From a virus, in IMG/VR virus record IMGVR_UViG_3300021364_000008, positions 35,004-99,003 of that record: a stretch of 64,000 nt of DNA, one strand, 5' to 3'. A model generated the notes under the pieces. The model saw only the letters and a list, made by a program, of their open reading frames with translations. It searched no databases and was not told where the DNA came from. The translations under genes and the position numbers were made by a program. Of this stretch, positions 1 to 9,268 are shown one piece after another (the first letter of the stretch is position 1; every line of letters starts with the position of its first letter).

Positions 1-1
1 T

Positions 2-448
2 GTAGTTGAAGATGAACATGACCTTAATCAACTTTTAGATCATCCAATAATTAGAGAATTTATTATTGATTATGATCCAGACTCATTTAAAAATTCTTAT
101 GGATATGCTCAAAATGTAAATGGAATTGGATGGGCTGAATACGGAATGGTTCAATTTTTTAATACTGAAGTTTATAAAGATGGATATTTAGAGAATGAAA
201 ACTTCATAGCATATGCACCAGAAGATGTTGAAAGGCATCATAGATGGAATATGCTTGGATATACAATAGGTAGAGTTGATAATTATGCATACCATTTAGA
301 ACATAAGAGAACTCAAAACTCTTGGTTCAATAATCCATTTATGCAAAAAAATAATCAACTCTGGGAGTATCTTAAGTCACTATCAAAAGACGAACTTATA
401 GAATATTATGAATCCCAAGATTATGTAAAGGGGAGGATGAAAAAATGA
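2..448 (+). CDS. Glycosyltransferase-like protein, C-terminal part (GT7/galactosyltransferase-like); 5' end lies outside the window
   Basis: Frame is open from position 2; GY.ENENF.AYAPEDxE and YHLEH motifs resemble the GT7 C-terminal domain. Confidence 0.65.
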   Translation, partial: VVEDEHDLNQLLDHPIIREFIIDYDPDSFKNSYGYAQNVNGIGWAEYGMVQFFNTEVYKDGYLENENFIAYAPEDVERHHRWNMLGYTIGRVDNYAYHLEHKRTQNSWFNNPFMQKNNQLWEYLKSLSKDELIEYYESQDYVKGRMKK

Positions 449-1182
449 ACTGGCATTTAGTATCGTATGCTGATGACAAATTTAAAGATGAGCAAAAATT
501 TTTAGAAAAAAATCATTCAGAAAATTTTAATATTAAATCATATGATAGAGACTGGTTAGTCTCTACAAATTTTTATGAAGATAATCAAACTCTTCTTGAC
601 GAAGAGAAAGGTGGTGGATGGTGGGCATGGAAACCTTATGTGATTTTGGATGCTCTCAGGAATGTGCAAGAGAATGATTATATTCTTTATTGTGATTGTG
701 GGGACATGATTTCACCAAGTATTAAAGAATTTGTAGAGAATACCTTAAGTGATGATGATTTTTGCTTACTTCTTTTGGGTGGCAATCTCAATAAAGAATA
801 CACGAAAAGAGATTGTTTTATTTTAATGGAATGTGATGAAGATGATTATTGGAACTCTAATCAATTAGAAGCTGGAGTTCAAGTGTGGAAAGCAACGGAA
901 CAATCAATTAAAGTAGTTTCCGATTGGATGAAGTTTTGTATTGATAGTAGAATTATTAAAGATGATGAGAGTGTGTTGGGGGAAAATTTCCCATCCTTCA
1001 AATCACATAGAAATGATCAAAGCATTTTAACAAATATTGCAATTAAGGAAGGTCTGAGTGTTAGTAATCATGAATTTAGAAACTTTATTGAATGTGATTA
1101 TGATTATTGGTATGAACGATATCCTAGATCTGATCTAGGTAGAGATATTGATAAATTTTTGGTGAGTATTAAAGATGCATAG
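445..1182 (+). CDS. Putative glycosyltransferase-like protein
   Basis: GGGWWAWKPY..ILYCDCG (DxD-like) and HRNDQS motifs; lies in a GT cluster. Confidence 0.6.
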   Translation: MNWHLVSYADDKFKDEQKFLEKNHSENFNIKSYDRDWLVSTNFYEDNQTLLDEEKGGGWWAWKPYVILDALRNVQENDYILYCDCGDMISPSIKEFVENTLSDDDFCLLLLGGNLNKEYTKRDCFILMECDEDDYWNSNQLEAGVQVWKATEQSIKVVSDWMKFCIDSRIIKDDESVLGENFPSFKSHRNDQSILTNIAIKEGLSVSNHEFRNFIECDYDYWYERYPRSDLGRDIDKFLVSIKDA

Positions 1183-1990
1183 TATTATCTTAACAGTTCA
1201 CAATAAAGAATGGTTGATTGATAAAGTAATTGAATCGATAGTTAAAAATACTATCGAATCTTACGAACTTATTGTTGTTATTGATGGTTGTACAGATAAT
1301 ACTGAAAAAATTGTTTTTGAAACTTTAAAAAATAGTCAAGTTAACTATAAAGTAATTTTTACTCCTGATGTGTTTGAAACTAAAGCAAATAATGCCGGAC
1401 TAAAACTTGCGAAAGGTGATAAAGTCATAATCATTCAGGATGATATGATTATTAAGGAGTATGGTTGGAACAAAAGAATGCAAAAACCATTTGATGAATT
1501 TAATGATGTTTTTGCGGTAACTTCCAGAACTGCTCATAATTGGTCTTTCAATCCAAATACACAACACTTAAATATGAGAGAAAATCTCGATAACTGCTGG
1601 TGTGATATTTGCCTACATAATAATCATGCAGACAAGTCAAATATTTCAAGGGATGTATTTGCAGTTCGTGCCTCTGTAAATAGAGGTCCTTTGATGATTG
1701 ATCATGATGATTTGAAAGTTATGAATTATTTTGATGAAAATTTTTCTCCACAAGACATGGATGATCATGATTTAATGTATAGAATGCATAAAAAACTTGA
1801 TAAGGTTTGTGGGTGTTATTGGATTGATTTTGAATCTAGAGATGTGTGGGGTGGAACTAGAGTTTCTGGATCTCCTGCTCCTTGGTTATTAAAGGCAAAC
1901 CACAAAAACATGAAAATTTTTTACGAAAGGCATAAAGATCTGATAAATTTAAATTACCAAAACGAAAATAGGATGTTAAATGATGGTTGA
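1175..1990 (+). CDS. Glycosyltransferase family 2
   Basis: SIILTVHN, VVIDGCTDNT, NAGL and IIQDD GT-A motifs. Confidence 0.85.
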   Translation: MHSIILTVHNKEWLIDKVIESIVKNTIESYELIVVIDGCTDNTEKIVFETLKNSQVNYKVIFTPDVFETKANNAGLKLAKGDKVIIIQDDMIIKEYGWNKRMQKPFDEFNDVFAVTSRTAHNWSFNPNTQHLNMRENLDNCWCDICLHNNHADKSNISRDVFAVRASVNRGPLMIDHDDLKVMNYFDENFSPQDMDDHDLMYRMHKKLDKVCGCYWIDFESRDVWGGTRVSGSPAPWLLKANHKNMKIFYERHKDLINLNYQNENRMLNDG

Positions 1991-2607
1991 ATCTATTAAT
2001 CCAATTAGTTCTGAAAGATGGGTCCAAGCACAATCTGGTGAAGTTGCACATTATGATTATGAAAATGTTGATAATTATAAAAATTCCGCAATGGTTATTT
2101 TAAAAGATCATTTTGGAATTGATGTTGAGAAAGATTTGATGGGTAAAAAAAGTTTTAGAATCTGGTGGTGGATGTCATCCCGCTATCAGTTTTTGTAGTG
2201 GATTGAAGAAAGCGGTGAATGTTGAACCACTTTATGATAAGTTTCCTGAAAATATTAAAGAAAATTTGAATAATTTGAATATTGAATGCGTATCTAAAGC
2301 ATTTGAAGATTATAAAAGTCTAGTTAAGTTTGATGAAGTTTGGCTTTTTAATGTTCTTCAACATGTACGGGATCCTTTTATGCAAATTGAAAATGCGAAA
2401 AAACTAGGAAATATTGTTAGAATCTTTGAACCTATTGACACTGCAATTAATAATGAACATCCCCACAGCTTTACAATGAAATTTTTTGAAGAACAGTTCC
2501 CAGATGCTGATGTTAAAATGTATCAAGGTGGATCTGTTGCTAGATTTCATGGAGCAAATTGTGCATATTTGACTTGGACTAAAACTAATGAAAAAAAATC
2601 TTCATAA
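1980..2607 (+). pseudogene. Class I SAM-dependent methyltransferase split by a +1 frameshift at an A7 tract (2145-2151)
   Basis: Removing one A joins ORFs 1980..2198 and 2203..2607 and restores motif I (KKVLESGGGC), followed by FDEVWLFNVLQHVRDP. Confidence 0.8.
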
Positions 2608-3292
2608 TATTGATTTAATTTCAATTAATTGTGTTGATCCATATCAATCAGCAGCAGCAATTAATTATTGTCAAAAATTTTTTAATTTTGGTAATAGTAT
2701 TTTAATTACTCATCAAGATATTGATGTAGATAATATTGAACTTCATCTAATTGATAAGCTCGATTGGTATCAATACAACGATCATGTTTTAAAACTAATT
2801 GATCACACGGATAACGATTATGTTCTACTAATTCAAGATGATGGGCACATTGTAAACTCGGATTTGTGGGATGATGAATTTTTAAAATATGACTATATTG
2901 GAGCTCCATGGCCAAATGAAGAAAGTTGGATTACTTTGCAGCATAAAGATCAGCAAGATCACATGAGAAAAGTATTTTTACAAAATCGTGTTGGTAATGG
3001 TGGTTTTTGTTTGAGGAGTAAAAAATTTCTTGAATTTTCATCGCAGTATGATACTTGTGATGGATTGGGTGAAGATAGTTTTCTTTGTACTAGAAAGTAT
3101 GAAGAAGCAATTCAATATGGAATTAAGTTTGCCCCTTTGGAAGTTGCTGTAAAATTTGCATATGAAAATCCTTGTATTGAATTTGGAACTACTTGGAATC
3201 AACCTATTTTATTTGATAAGGAAAAGCATTTTGGGTGGCATGGTAAAAACTTCTTAAATACTCATGAGTTAATGAATTTAAAGTATCATTGA
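2588..3292 (+). CDS. DUF5672-like putative glycosyltransferase
   Basis: LIQDDG, YDYIGAPW and VGNGGFCLRS motifs. Confidence 0.7.
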   Translation: MKKNLHNIDLISINCVDPYQSAAAINYCQKFFNFGNSILITHQDIDVDNIELHLIDKLDWYQYNDHVLKLIDHTDNDYVLLIQDDGHIVNSDLWDDEFLKYDYIGAPWPNEESWITLQHKDQQDHMRKVFLQNRVGNGGFCLRSKKFLEFSSQYDTCDGLGEDSFLCTRKYEEAIQYGIKFAPLEVAVKFAYENPCIEFGTTWNQPILFDKEKHFGWHGKNFLNTHELMNLKYH

Positions 3293-3293
3293 T

Positions 3294-4283
3294 ATGAAAA
3301 TATTAGTCACAGGATCTGCAGGTTTATTGGGCGCAAATTACACGAGACATCTTTTAAATCGAGGCCATACTGTAATCGGAGTTGATAATTTTTCTGGAGG
3401 ATATAAAGCATTTCTCCCTAAAAATGATCAATTTAAGTTTTATAAAGTAAATTTGGAAAATAGAAAAAAAGTAAAAGAAGTTTTTGAAAAAGAAAATCCG
3501 GAAATAACATATCACTTTGCTGCATATGCTGCAGAAGGATTATCTCCTTTTATCAGAAATTATAATTATCGTAATAATGTCATTTGTTCTGCAAATATTA
3601 TTAACGAGTGTATTAATTATGATTCAAAACTGGTTTTTACTTCAAGTATGGCAGTTTATGGAGAACAGCAACCTCCATTTACTGAAGACTTGAGACCAAT
3701 GCCAGTAGATCCGTATGGTGTTGCAAAATATTCTGTAGAAGTTGATTTGAAACTTGCGGGAAATCAATTTGGATTAAAATATAATATAGTCAGACCTCAT
3801 AATGTTCTTGGAAAATATCAAAACATTTGGGACAGATATCGTAATGTAATTGGAATCTTTATTCGTAAAGCAATTTTAGGCAAACCTTTATTGGTATATG
3901 GTGATGGTACTCAGACAAGAGCATTCTCTGACATTAAATATTATATGGATCCATTTGATAAATTGCTAGATAATTTTCATGGAGAGACATTCAATATTGG
4001 AGCAGATAGATATTTTGCAATTAATGAAGCGGCAGAAACTGTAAAAAATGTTGCGGCAAAATATGGATATTCTACTACCATAGAACATGGTGAGCCAAGA
4101 CATGAGGTTAAACATGCTTATTGTGATCATACAAAGGCAAAAACACTTTTAAACTTTGTTGATAATACGGAACTAGAACCTTTAATTGATAGTATGTTTG
4201 AGTGGGCAATTAAGCAACCGAACAGAAAAGTTAAAGATATGGAGTATGAAGTAACAAAAGACATTTACGATTATTGGAAATGA
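3294..4283 (+). CDS. NAD-dependent nucleotide-sugar epimerase/dehydratase
   Basis: GSAGLLG Rossmann motif, TSS and YGVAK catalytic YxxxK. Confidence 0.9.
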   Translation: MKILVTGSAGLLGANYTRHLLNRGHTVIGVDNFSGGYKAFLPKNDQFKFYKVNLENRKKVKEVFEKENPEITYHFAAYAAEGLSPFIRNYNYRNNVICSANIINECINYDSKLVFTSSMAVYGEQQPPFTEDLRPMPVDPYGVAKYSVEVDLKLAGNQFGLKYNIVRPHNVLGKYQNIWDRYRNVIGIFIRKAILGKPLLVYGDGTQTRAFSDIKYYMDPFDKLLDNFHGETFNIGADRYFAINEAAETVKNVAAKYGYSTTIEHGEPRHEVKHAYCDHTKAKTLLNFVDNTELEPLIDSMFEWAIKQPNRKVKDMEYEVTKDIYDYWK

Positions 4284-4984
4284 AACCTATTCATGTATTT
4301 TTAAGACAATGTTATTATTCGCCAAATAGTGCATTGCCCAACAGACACAGACCAGATTGGTTTGATAAAGAAAAAATTTTTAATAACTTTAAAAAAACTA
4401 TCGATACAAATCTTGCAGATTATACGATTGTATATGATGAGAAGTATGGATCAATAAAAGATACATTTTTAAAAGATGAGCAAAATGTAGAGATTGTTAA
4501 TTTTGGATATGAAGCGGGAAGTTTTTCAAGAACTGTTGATATTGCTTTAGAAAAAGGATTATCAAACGACACTGTTGTTTATTTTTTAGAGGACGATTAT
4601 CTTCATCGTCCTGGATGGTGCAAAATCCTTTTAGAGGGTTTCACTCTTCCGACACAATATATTTCGTTATATGATCATCTTGACAAATATCTTGACGGTG
4701 GGTATGATACTCTCGTGTCAAAAATTTTAATAAGTGAAAGCATTCATTGGAGAACAACTCCATCAACATGTAATACTTATGCCACAAAGATTCAAACACT
4801 AATTGAAGATTATTCAATTCATAAGCATTATAGCGATGCTTCTCCGGATGGAGTATCTATGGACCATGCTAAATTTGTACATCTTGGAAATAATGGTAAA
4901 AGATTAATCACATCCATTCCTGGATATTCGACTCATTGTGATCACTTACAATCTCCTACTATTGATTGGAAAACTTATCTATGA
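4274..4984 (+). CDS. GT-A fold glycosyltransferase-like protein
   Basis: VYFLEDDYLH motif; cluster context. Confidence 0.6.
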   Translation: MEMKPIHVFLRQCYYSPNSALPNRHRPDWFDKEKIFNNFKKTIDTNLADYTIVYDEKYGSIKDTFLKDEQNVEIVNFGYEAGSFSRTVDIALEKGLSNDTVVYFLEDDYLHRPGWCKILLEGFTLPTQYISLYDHLDKYLDGGYDTLVSKILISESIHWRTTPSTCNTYATKIQTLIEDYSIHKHYSDASPDGVSMDHAKFVHLGNNGKRLITSIPGYSTHCDHLQSPTIDWKTYL

Positions 4985-5766
4985 ATTGTATTCTGTATCT
5001 TGTCAGATCTTCTGATAAAGATTTGATTGATTTTAATAAATCATTAGAACTATTGGAAAAAAACTTGATCCCATTTACAAAAAATGTGGATTTAGTTGTT
5101 TTTTGTGAAAATTCTTTTGACGAATATAAGTCTGAAGTTAAAACAAATTTGAATATTAAATATCAAGAAATTGAGTTCAAAGTTCCAGATTATCCTAAAG
5201 AAATTAAAGATAATATTCCCGATTTTTTCCCACATCCAACTCATGGAAATGGTCCAGTTGCTTGGGGACATCCTGGATTTTCTATGGGATATCGTCATAT
5301 GTGTAGATTTTTCTCTGGACAAATTTATGAATTTGATATTCTTAAAGCATATGACTATTACTTAAGACTCGATACAGATTCATTTATTCATACTCCTCTC
5401 AATTATGATATCTTTGAGTGGGCTAAAAAGAATGAGTGTTATTATGGATACATTTCTCCAGCGGTTCAGAGAGATAATGAAAAAGTTATTGATGGACTTT
5501 GGGAGTATGTGAACCAGTTTTATCCTAATAATATTTCTAATGGAATGATGTTTTATACAAATTTTGAATTAGCAAAAACATCTTGGTTTTCTACAAGTCA
5601 ATATAAAAACTTTTATAACTTAATTGATAAATGTGGTGGAATTTATACCAAAAGATGGGGAGATGCTCCTATTAAATTTTTGGGCATAAATTTATTCATG
5701 GATAAAAAACATATTATTCCTGTACAGGGATTCACTTATCAACATGGCGCAATTTATACGGTATGA
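4981..5766 (+). CDS. GT15 (Kre2/Mnt1-like) alpha-mannosyltransferase-like protein
   Basis: GYRHMCRFFSG, YDYYLRLDTD, YTNFE and RWGDAPI match Kre2-family signatures; ATG at 4981 overlaps the upstream stop. Confidence 0.8.
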   Translation: MNCILYLVRSSDKDLIDFNKSLELLEKNLIPFTKNVDLVVFCENSFDEYKSEVKTNLNIKYQEIEFKVPDYPKEIKDNIPDFFPHPTHGNGPVAWGHPGFSMGYRHMCRFFSGQIYEFDILKAYDYYLRLDTDSFIHTPLNYDIFEWAKKNECYYGYISPAVQRDNEKVIDGLWEYVNQFYPNNISNGMMFYTNFELAKTSWFSTSQYKNFYNLIDKCGGIYTKRWGDAPIKFLGINLFMDKKHIIPVQGFTYQHGAIYTV

Positions 5767-6557
5767 TGGATAAAAATAAATCTGCATATAAATTTAAATC
5801 AATCCCCCCAATATATTACTTAAATCTTGATGATCAACCAGAAAGAAAAGATTATATGGAGGATCAATTTAAGTATTGGGAGATTGATAATTATACTCGC
5901 ATTTCTGCATATGATGGTAGGGATGATGATTTGAGTGATATTATCAAAGGAAGATATCCAGAAATGATGTCTTCTAGTGAAATAGGTTGTACTACTTCTC
6001 ATCTCAAGGCAATTAAACATTGGATGGAAACATCAGATAGTCCATATGCAATCATTATGGAAGATGATTGTAACTTAGAAAGTGCCAGTTATTGGAACTT
6101 TTCTTTGGCAGATTTTATTGCTCGTGCTCCTTATGCCTGGGATGTTCTTCAAATAGCAATTATTTGTACTGGAAATATTGTTGTTCCAGTACACAATAGA
6201 TTTGTAAATGAGTTTTCTACTGCTTGTTATATTATTACTAGACACCATGCAGAAAAACTTATAAGAAATCACGTTCGAGGAAATAAATATAAACTTGATA
6301 ATGGAGTCAAACCAAGAGCTGTTGCTGATGATTTAATTTACAATTCTGGGTGTACTTATTCTTGTCCCCTATTATTGTATAAAATTGACCTTGGATCTTC
6401 TATTCATCCAGATCATGTTGACATTTTTCATAAAAACAGTTATGATGGTATTCTGAACTTTTGGAAAACCCAGGGATATCAACTTGGTATAGAACATATC
6501 ACTAAGTATGATCCATATTTTGGAAGAGTTTCTGAAAGTTCCCATCAAGATACTTGA
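5763..6557 (+). CDS. Glycosyltransferase family 25
   Basis: IYYLNLD..ER, EIGCTTSH and IIMEDD motifs. Confidence 0.85.
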   Translation: MMDKNKSAYKFKSIPPIYYLNLDDQPERKDYMEDQFKYWEIDNYTRISAYDGRDDDLSDIIKGRYPEMMSSSEIGCTTSHLKAIKHWMETSDSPYAIIMEDDCNLESASYWNFSLADFIARAPYAWDVLQIAIICTGNIVVPVHNRFVNEFSTACYIITRHHAEKLIRNHVRGNKYKLDNGVKPRAVADDLIYNSGCTYSCPLLLYKIDLGSSIHPDHVDIFHKNSYDGILNFWKTQGYQLGIEHITKYDPYFGRVSESSHQDT

Positions 6558-6582
6558 CATTTGTTAAGTAATCCTTTATACT
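6554..6582 (+). promoter_or_regulatory. Sigma70-type promoter for the SLH protein gene
   Basis: TTGACA(6554)-17 bp-TATACT(6577). Confidence 0.7.
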
Positions 6583-6640
6583 AAATACTCCCTTAAGAGT
6601 TAATATTCTCTTAAGATTCCCGTTATTTTTAGCTTAATTT

Positions 6641-7465
6641 ATGAAATTTTCTAATCTTTTTGCAACTGCAGTAATTGCATCTTCTACTATTGCTGCTCCC
6701 GCAATGGCAACTCCACAGGGACAGTTTCCTGATGTCCAGCCTACTAACTGGGCATATCAAGCTATCCTGAACCTCAAGGAGCGTTATGGTTGTGCTGAAG
6801 GGTTTCCTAATGGCACCTTTCGTCCAGGTCAACCAGCCACTCGTGCTGAACTTGCAGCACTAACCAACCATTGTCTTGATAATATCACCCAGTTCTATAG
6901 TGCTGCTGATGCTAAACTAGCTGCTGCTCTTCGTGCAGAATTCAATCCTCGTCTAACTTCACTTGAAGTTGCTGCTGAGCGTAAAGAACTTGGAGTTGGT
7001 AACTATGCAGGTCTTGCATTCAGTGGTTATTCTACTGATGGCAATTCTGACGGTAATGACTATGCTGCTGGTGCAACTCTGACTGGTCGTGCTCGTCTTT
7101 ATGAGTGGGATAATAATGTAGCAGTTTCTCTGCGTCCTGAACTCTCCTTCATGGATAATAATCAAACTACTCTGGGTGGTGCTGCAACCATTGACTTCCC
7201 TGTAGGTCGTCGTACTCTGAGTGATGGTTCTAAGGTTGCTTCTTGGAATGTCTATGCAGGTGCTGGTGTTGGTGGTGCTATTGGTGCTGCCGATAATACC
7301 TACAACATGTACGGTGAAAATACTGATGGTTATGGTGTTCTTGGTACTGAGGTCAGTGTCAGTAATAACTTTGTTGCCTTTGCAAATGTGAAGTTTCCCT
7401 TTGGTGACAATAGTGTAGATAGTTACTCTCCTGTTGGCACTGTCGGAGGAGGATTCAAGTTTTAA
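6641..7465 (+). CDS. Secreted SLH-domain outer-membrane beta-barrel protein (N-terminus like cyanobacterial porins SomA/SomB)
   Basis: Signal peptide; SLH motif FPDVQPTNWAYQAI..RYGC..GFPNGTFRP...TRAE; alternating beta-strands; C-terminal Phe. Confidence 0.8.
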   Translation: MKFSNLFATAVIASSTIAAPAMATPQGQFPDVQPTNWAYQAILNLKERYGCAEGFPNGTFRPGQPATRAELAALTNHCLDNITQFYSAADAKLAAALRAEFNPRLTSLEVAAERKELGVGNYAGLAFSGYSTDGNSDGNDYAAGATLTGRARLYEWDNNVAVSLRPELSFMDNNQTTLGGAATIDFPVGRRTLSDGSKVASWNVYAGAGVGGAIGAADNTYNMYGENTDGYGVLGTEVSVSNNFVAFANVKFPFGDNSVDSYSPVGTVGGGFKF

Positions 7466-7492
7466 TTTTATCTTAAAATCTAAATAAAATGC

Positions 7493-7531
7493 AAAGAGGT
7501 GCTTGACACCTCTTTCTTTTTGATCTACAAT
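7493..7531 (+). terminator. Rho-independent terminator fused to the sigma70 promoter of hli
   Basis: Stem aaagaggtg/cacctcttt plus T tract; TTGACA(7503)-17 bp-TACAAT(7526). Confidence 0.75.
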
Positions 7532-7554
7532 ACTCTTGTAAATCTTCATATATT

Positions 7555-7764
7555 ATGACTGTTACAACTGAAGACGGTGGACGCCAAAACATGTTTGCCG
7601 TTGAACCACAAATGTACATTACGGAGGAAGACATGGAAAATCATGTAACTGAAACTCATAACGAAAGGGCTGAAAAACTGAATGGAAGAGTTGCTATGGT
7701 GTCAATTATGTTGGCATTTATTTCCTACTTTACTACAGGAACACTTGCATTTGGTTTGTTTTGA
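7555..7764 (+). CDS. hli: High-light inducible protein
   Basis: AEKLNGRVAM chlorophyll-binding motif; MTVTTEDGGRQNMFA N-terminus typical of cyanophage hli. Confidence 0.92.
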   Translation: MTVTTEDGGRQNMFAVEPQMYITEEDMENHVTETHNERAEKLNGRVAMVSIMLAFISYFTTGTLAFGLF

Positions 7765-7794
7765 TATAGAATGAGTATTTAAAACTTCGAGCAT

Positions 7795-7802
7795 TATAAA
7801 TA
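7795..7802 (+). promoter_or_regulatory. T4-type late promoter for the lysozyme gene
   Basis: TATAAATA, lying within an inverted repeat. Confidence 0.65.
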
Positions 7803-7870
7803 ATAATATATTAATGCTCGGAGTTTTTTATGCTTCCAAAGTAGAGACAATTCTGGAAGATTTGTGAAAA

Positions 7871-8506
7871 ATGACTATTAAAATACTGGATGCTGTAAAA
7901 TATCATAAAGATTTACCACATCAAATAGATGCCTGGGAGTACCTACAAAAAAATATTAATGATGAAACGCTATATGAATTTGCAAGCATATACAGGAATC
8001 TAAAAGTAGAATCGCCAACCAATAATCCTAATGAAGTACCGTTGGTTGGCGTTAATTTAATTAAAGAGTTTGAGGGGTGTCATCTGGAGGCATATCCTGA
8101 CCCTCTTACAGGAGGACTCCCAATCACAATCGGTTGGGGGTCCACAAGAGACGAAAACGGAAAACCATTCAAGTTGGGTACAAAGATTTCTCAGCAAACT
8201 GCTGACGATCTTCTCATTTCACAAATAAAGAATGAGTTTCTTCCTCCATTGACTCAGATTCCTTATTGGAATCGAATGAATATGAATCAGAGAGGAGCAC
8301 TTCTCTCATTTGCATATAACTTGGGTGCAAGATTCTATGGTTCTTCTGGTTTTAATACAATCAGTAGAGTCCTGAAGAATAGACAGTGGAATAAAGTTCC
8401 TGATGCACTATATCTTTATCGTAATCCGGGAACAAATGTAGAAGCTGGATTGAAAAGGAGGAGAATTGCTGAAGGGAAACTTTTTCTGGAAGGACTTAAT
8501 AAATAA
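7871..8506 (+). CDS. GH24 lysozyme (endolysin)
   Basis: IKEFEG..LEAYPD..TIGWGST (E-D-T triad), ALLSFAYNLG and GLKRRR.AE motifs. Confidence 0.9.
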   Translation: MTIKILDAVKYHKDLPHQIDAWEYLQKNINDETLYEFASIYRNLKVESPTNNPNEVPLVGVNLIKEFEGCHLEAYPDPLTGGLPITIGWGSTRDENGKPFKLGTKISQQTADDLLISQIKNEFLPPLTQIPYWNRMNMNQRGALLSFAYNLGARFYGSSGFNTISRVLKNRQWNKVPDALYLYRNPGTNVEAGLKRRRIAEGKLFLEGLNK

Positions 8507-8578
8507 TTGTTCTTATGTGTGTCCCAATCAGAAGCAAAGATTGAGTGTTTTCTGGCATTCTACGCAAACGAGAAAGAC

Positions 8579-8586
8579 TATAAATA
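8579..8586 (+). promoter_or_regulatory. T4-type late promoter
   Basis: TATAAATA 16 bp upstream of the structural ORF at 8602. Confidence 0.7.
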
Positions 8587-8601
8587 CTTAAAAAACTTCC
8601 C

Positions 8602-8937
8602 ATGGCATCAGTAAGTTCAGTTAATTTAGTTATTCAAAAAGGAACTTATTTTGAAGAAACTATTTCACTAACCGCTGAAGATGGATTTGGATTAAATTTA
8701 AATAATGCGACAGCGACTTGCAAATTGAGAAAGTATCCTACTGCAGGAATTGCTTATACATTTTCAACAACAACGACTGTTTCTGATAGTACTGTTAAAA
8801 TCATAATGACATCTGATAAAACTGCAGAACTGCCGAGTGGAAGGTGCTATTATGACATTCTTATAACATATTCAAGTGGTCTTATTTCTAAAGTTTTGGA
8901 AGGAAATGTTCTGGTACAGGAGACCGCATCCCTATGA
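8602..8937 (+). CDS. Virion structural protein (BppU-like Ig fold)
   Basis: NLVIQKGT..F...GRCYYDI..KVLEG.V pattern; late promoter upstream. Confidence 0.55.
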   Translation: MASVSSVNLVIQKGTYFEETISLTAEDGFGLNLNNATATCKLRKYPTAGIAYTFSTTTTVSDSTVKIIMTSDKTAELPSGRCYYDILITYSSGLISKVLEGNVLVQETASL

Positions 8938-9233
8938 CTATCAATGTCAGAGTTGTAACCAGTAAAGAAAAAATCAAAGCAACAGTAGCATCAGGAGTAA
9001 TCATGCCACGAACTCTAGATGAGTTATTAGATGTAGATGTTTCTGGAGTGAGTGATAAATATGTGATTATGTATGATGCAACTACTCAGAAATATACTGC
9101 AGTAAATCCCGACGAAGTTCTTTCTGCATCATCTACTACAGAACCTGAGCAACCTGGATTGCCGAATGATTTTGTAGATACATTAGATACTGATCTTGAT
9201 GATCGTATTGATCTTGATGCAGGAACTTTTTAG
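8934..9233 (+). CDS. Hypothetical virion-associated protein
   Basis: LDELLDVD motif; C-terminal DAGTF resembles the DCGTF end of the next gene. Confidence 0.5.
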   Translation: MTINVRVVTSKEKIKATVASGVIMPRTLDELLDVDVSGVSDKYVIMYDATTQKYTAVNPDEVLSASSTTEPEQPGLPNDFVDTLDTDLDDRIDLDAGTF

Positions 9234-9268
9234 AGTCTAAATAGTGATATAAACACGAATAAAAGAAG

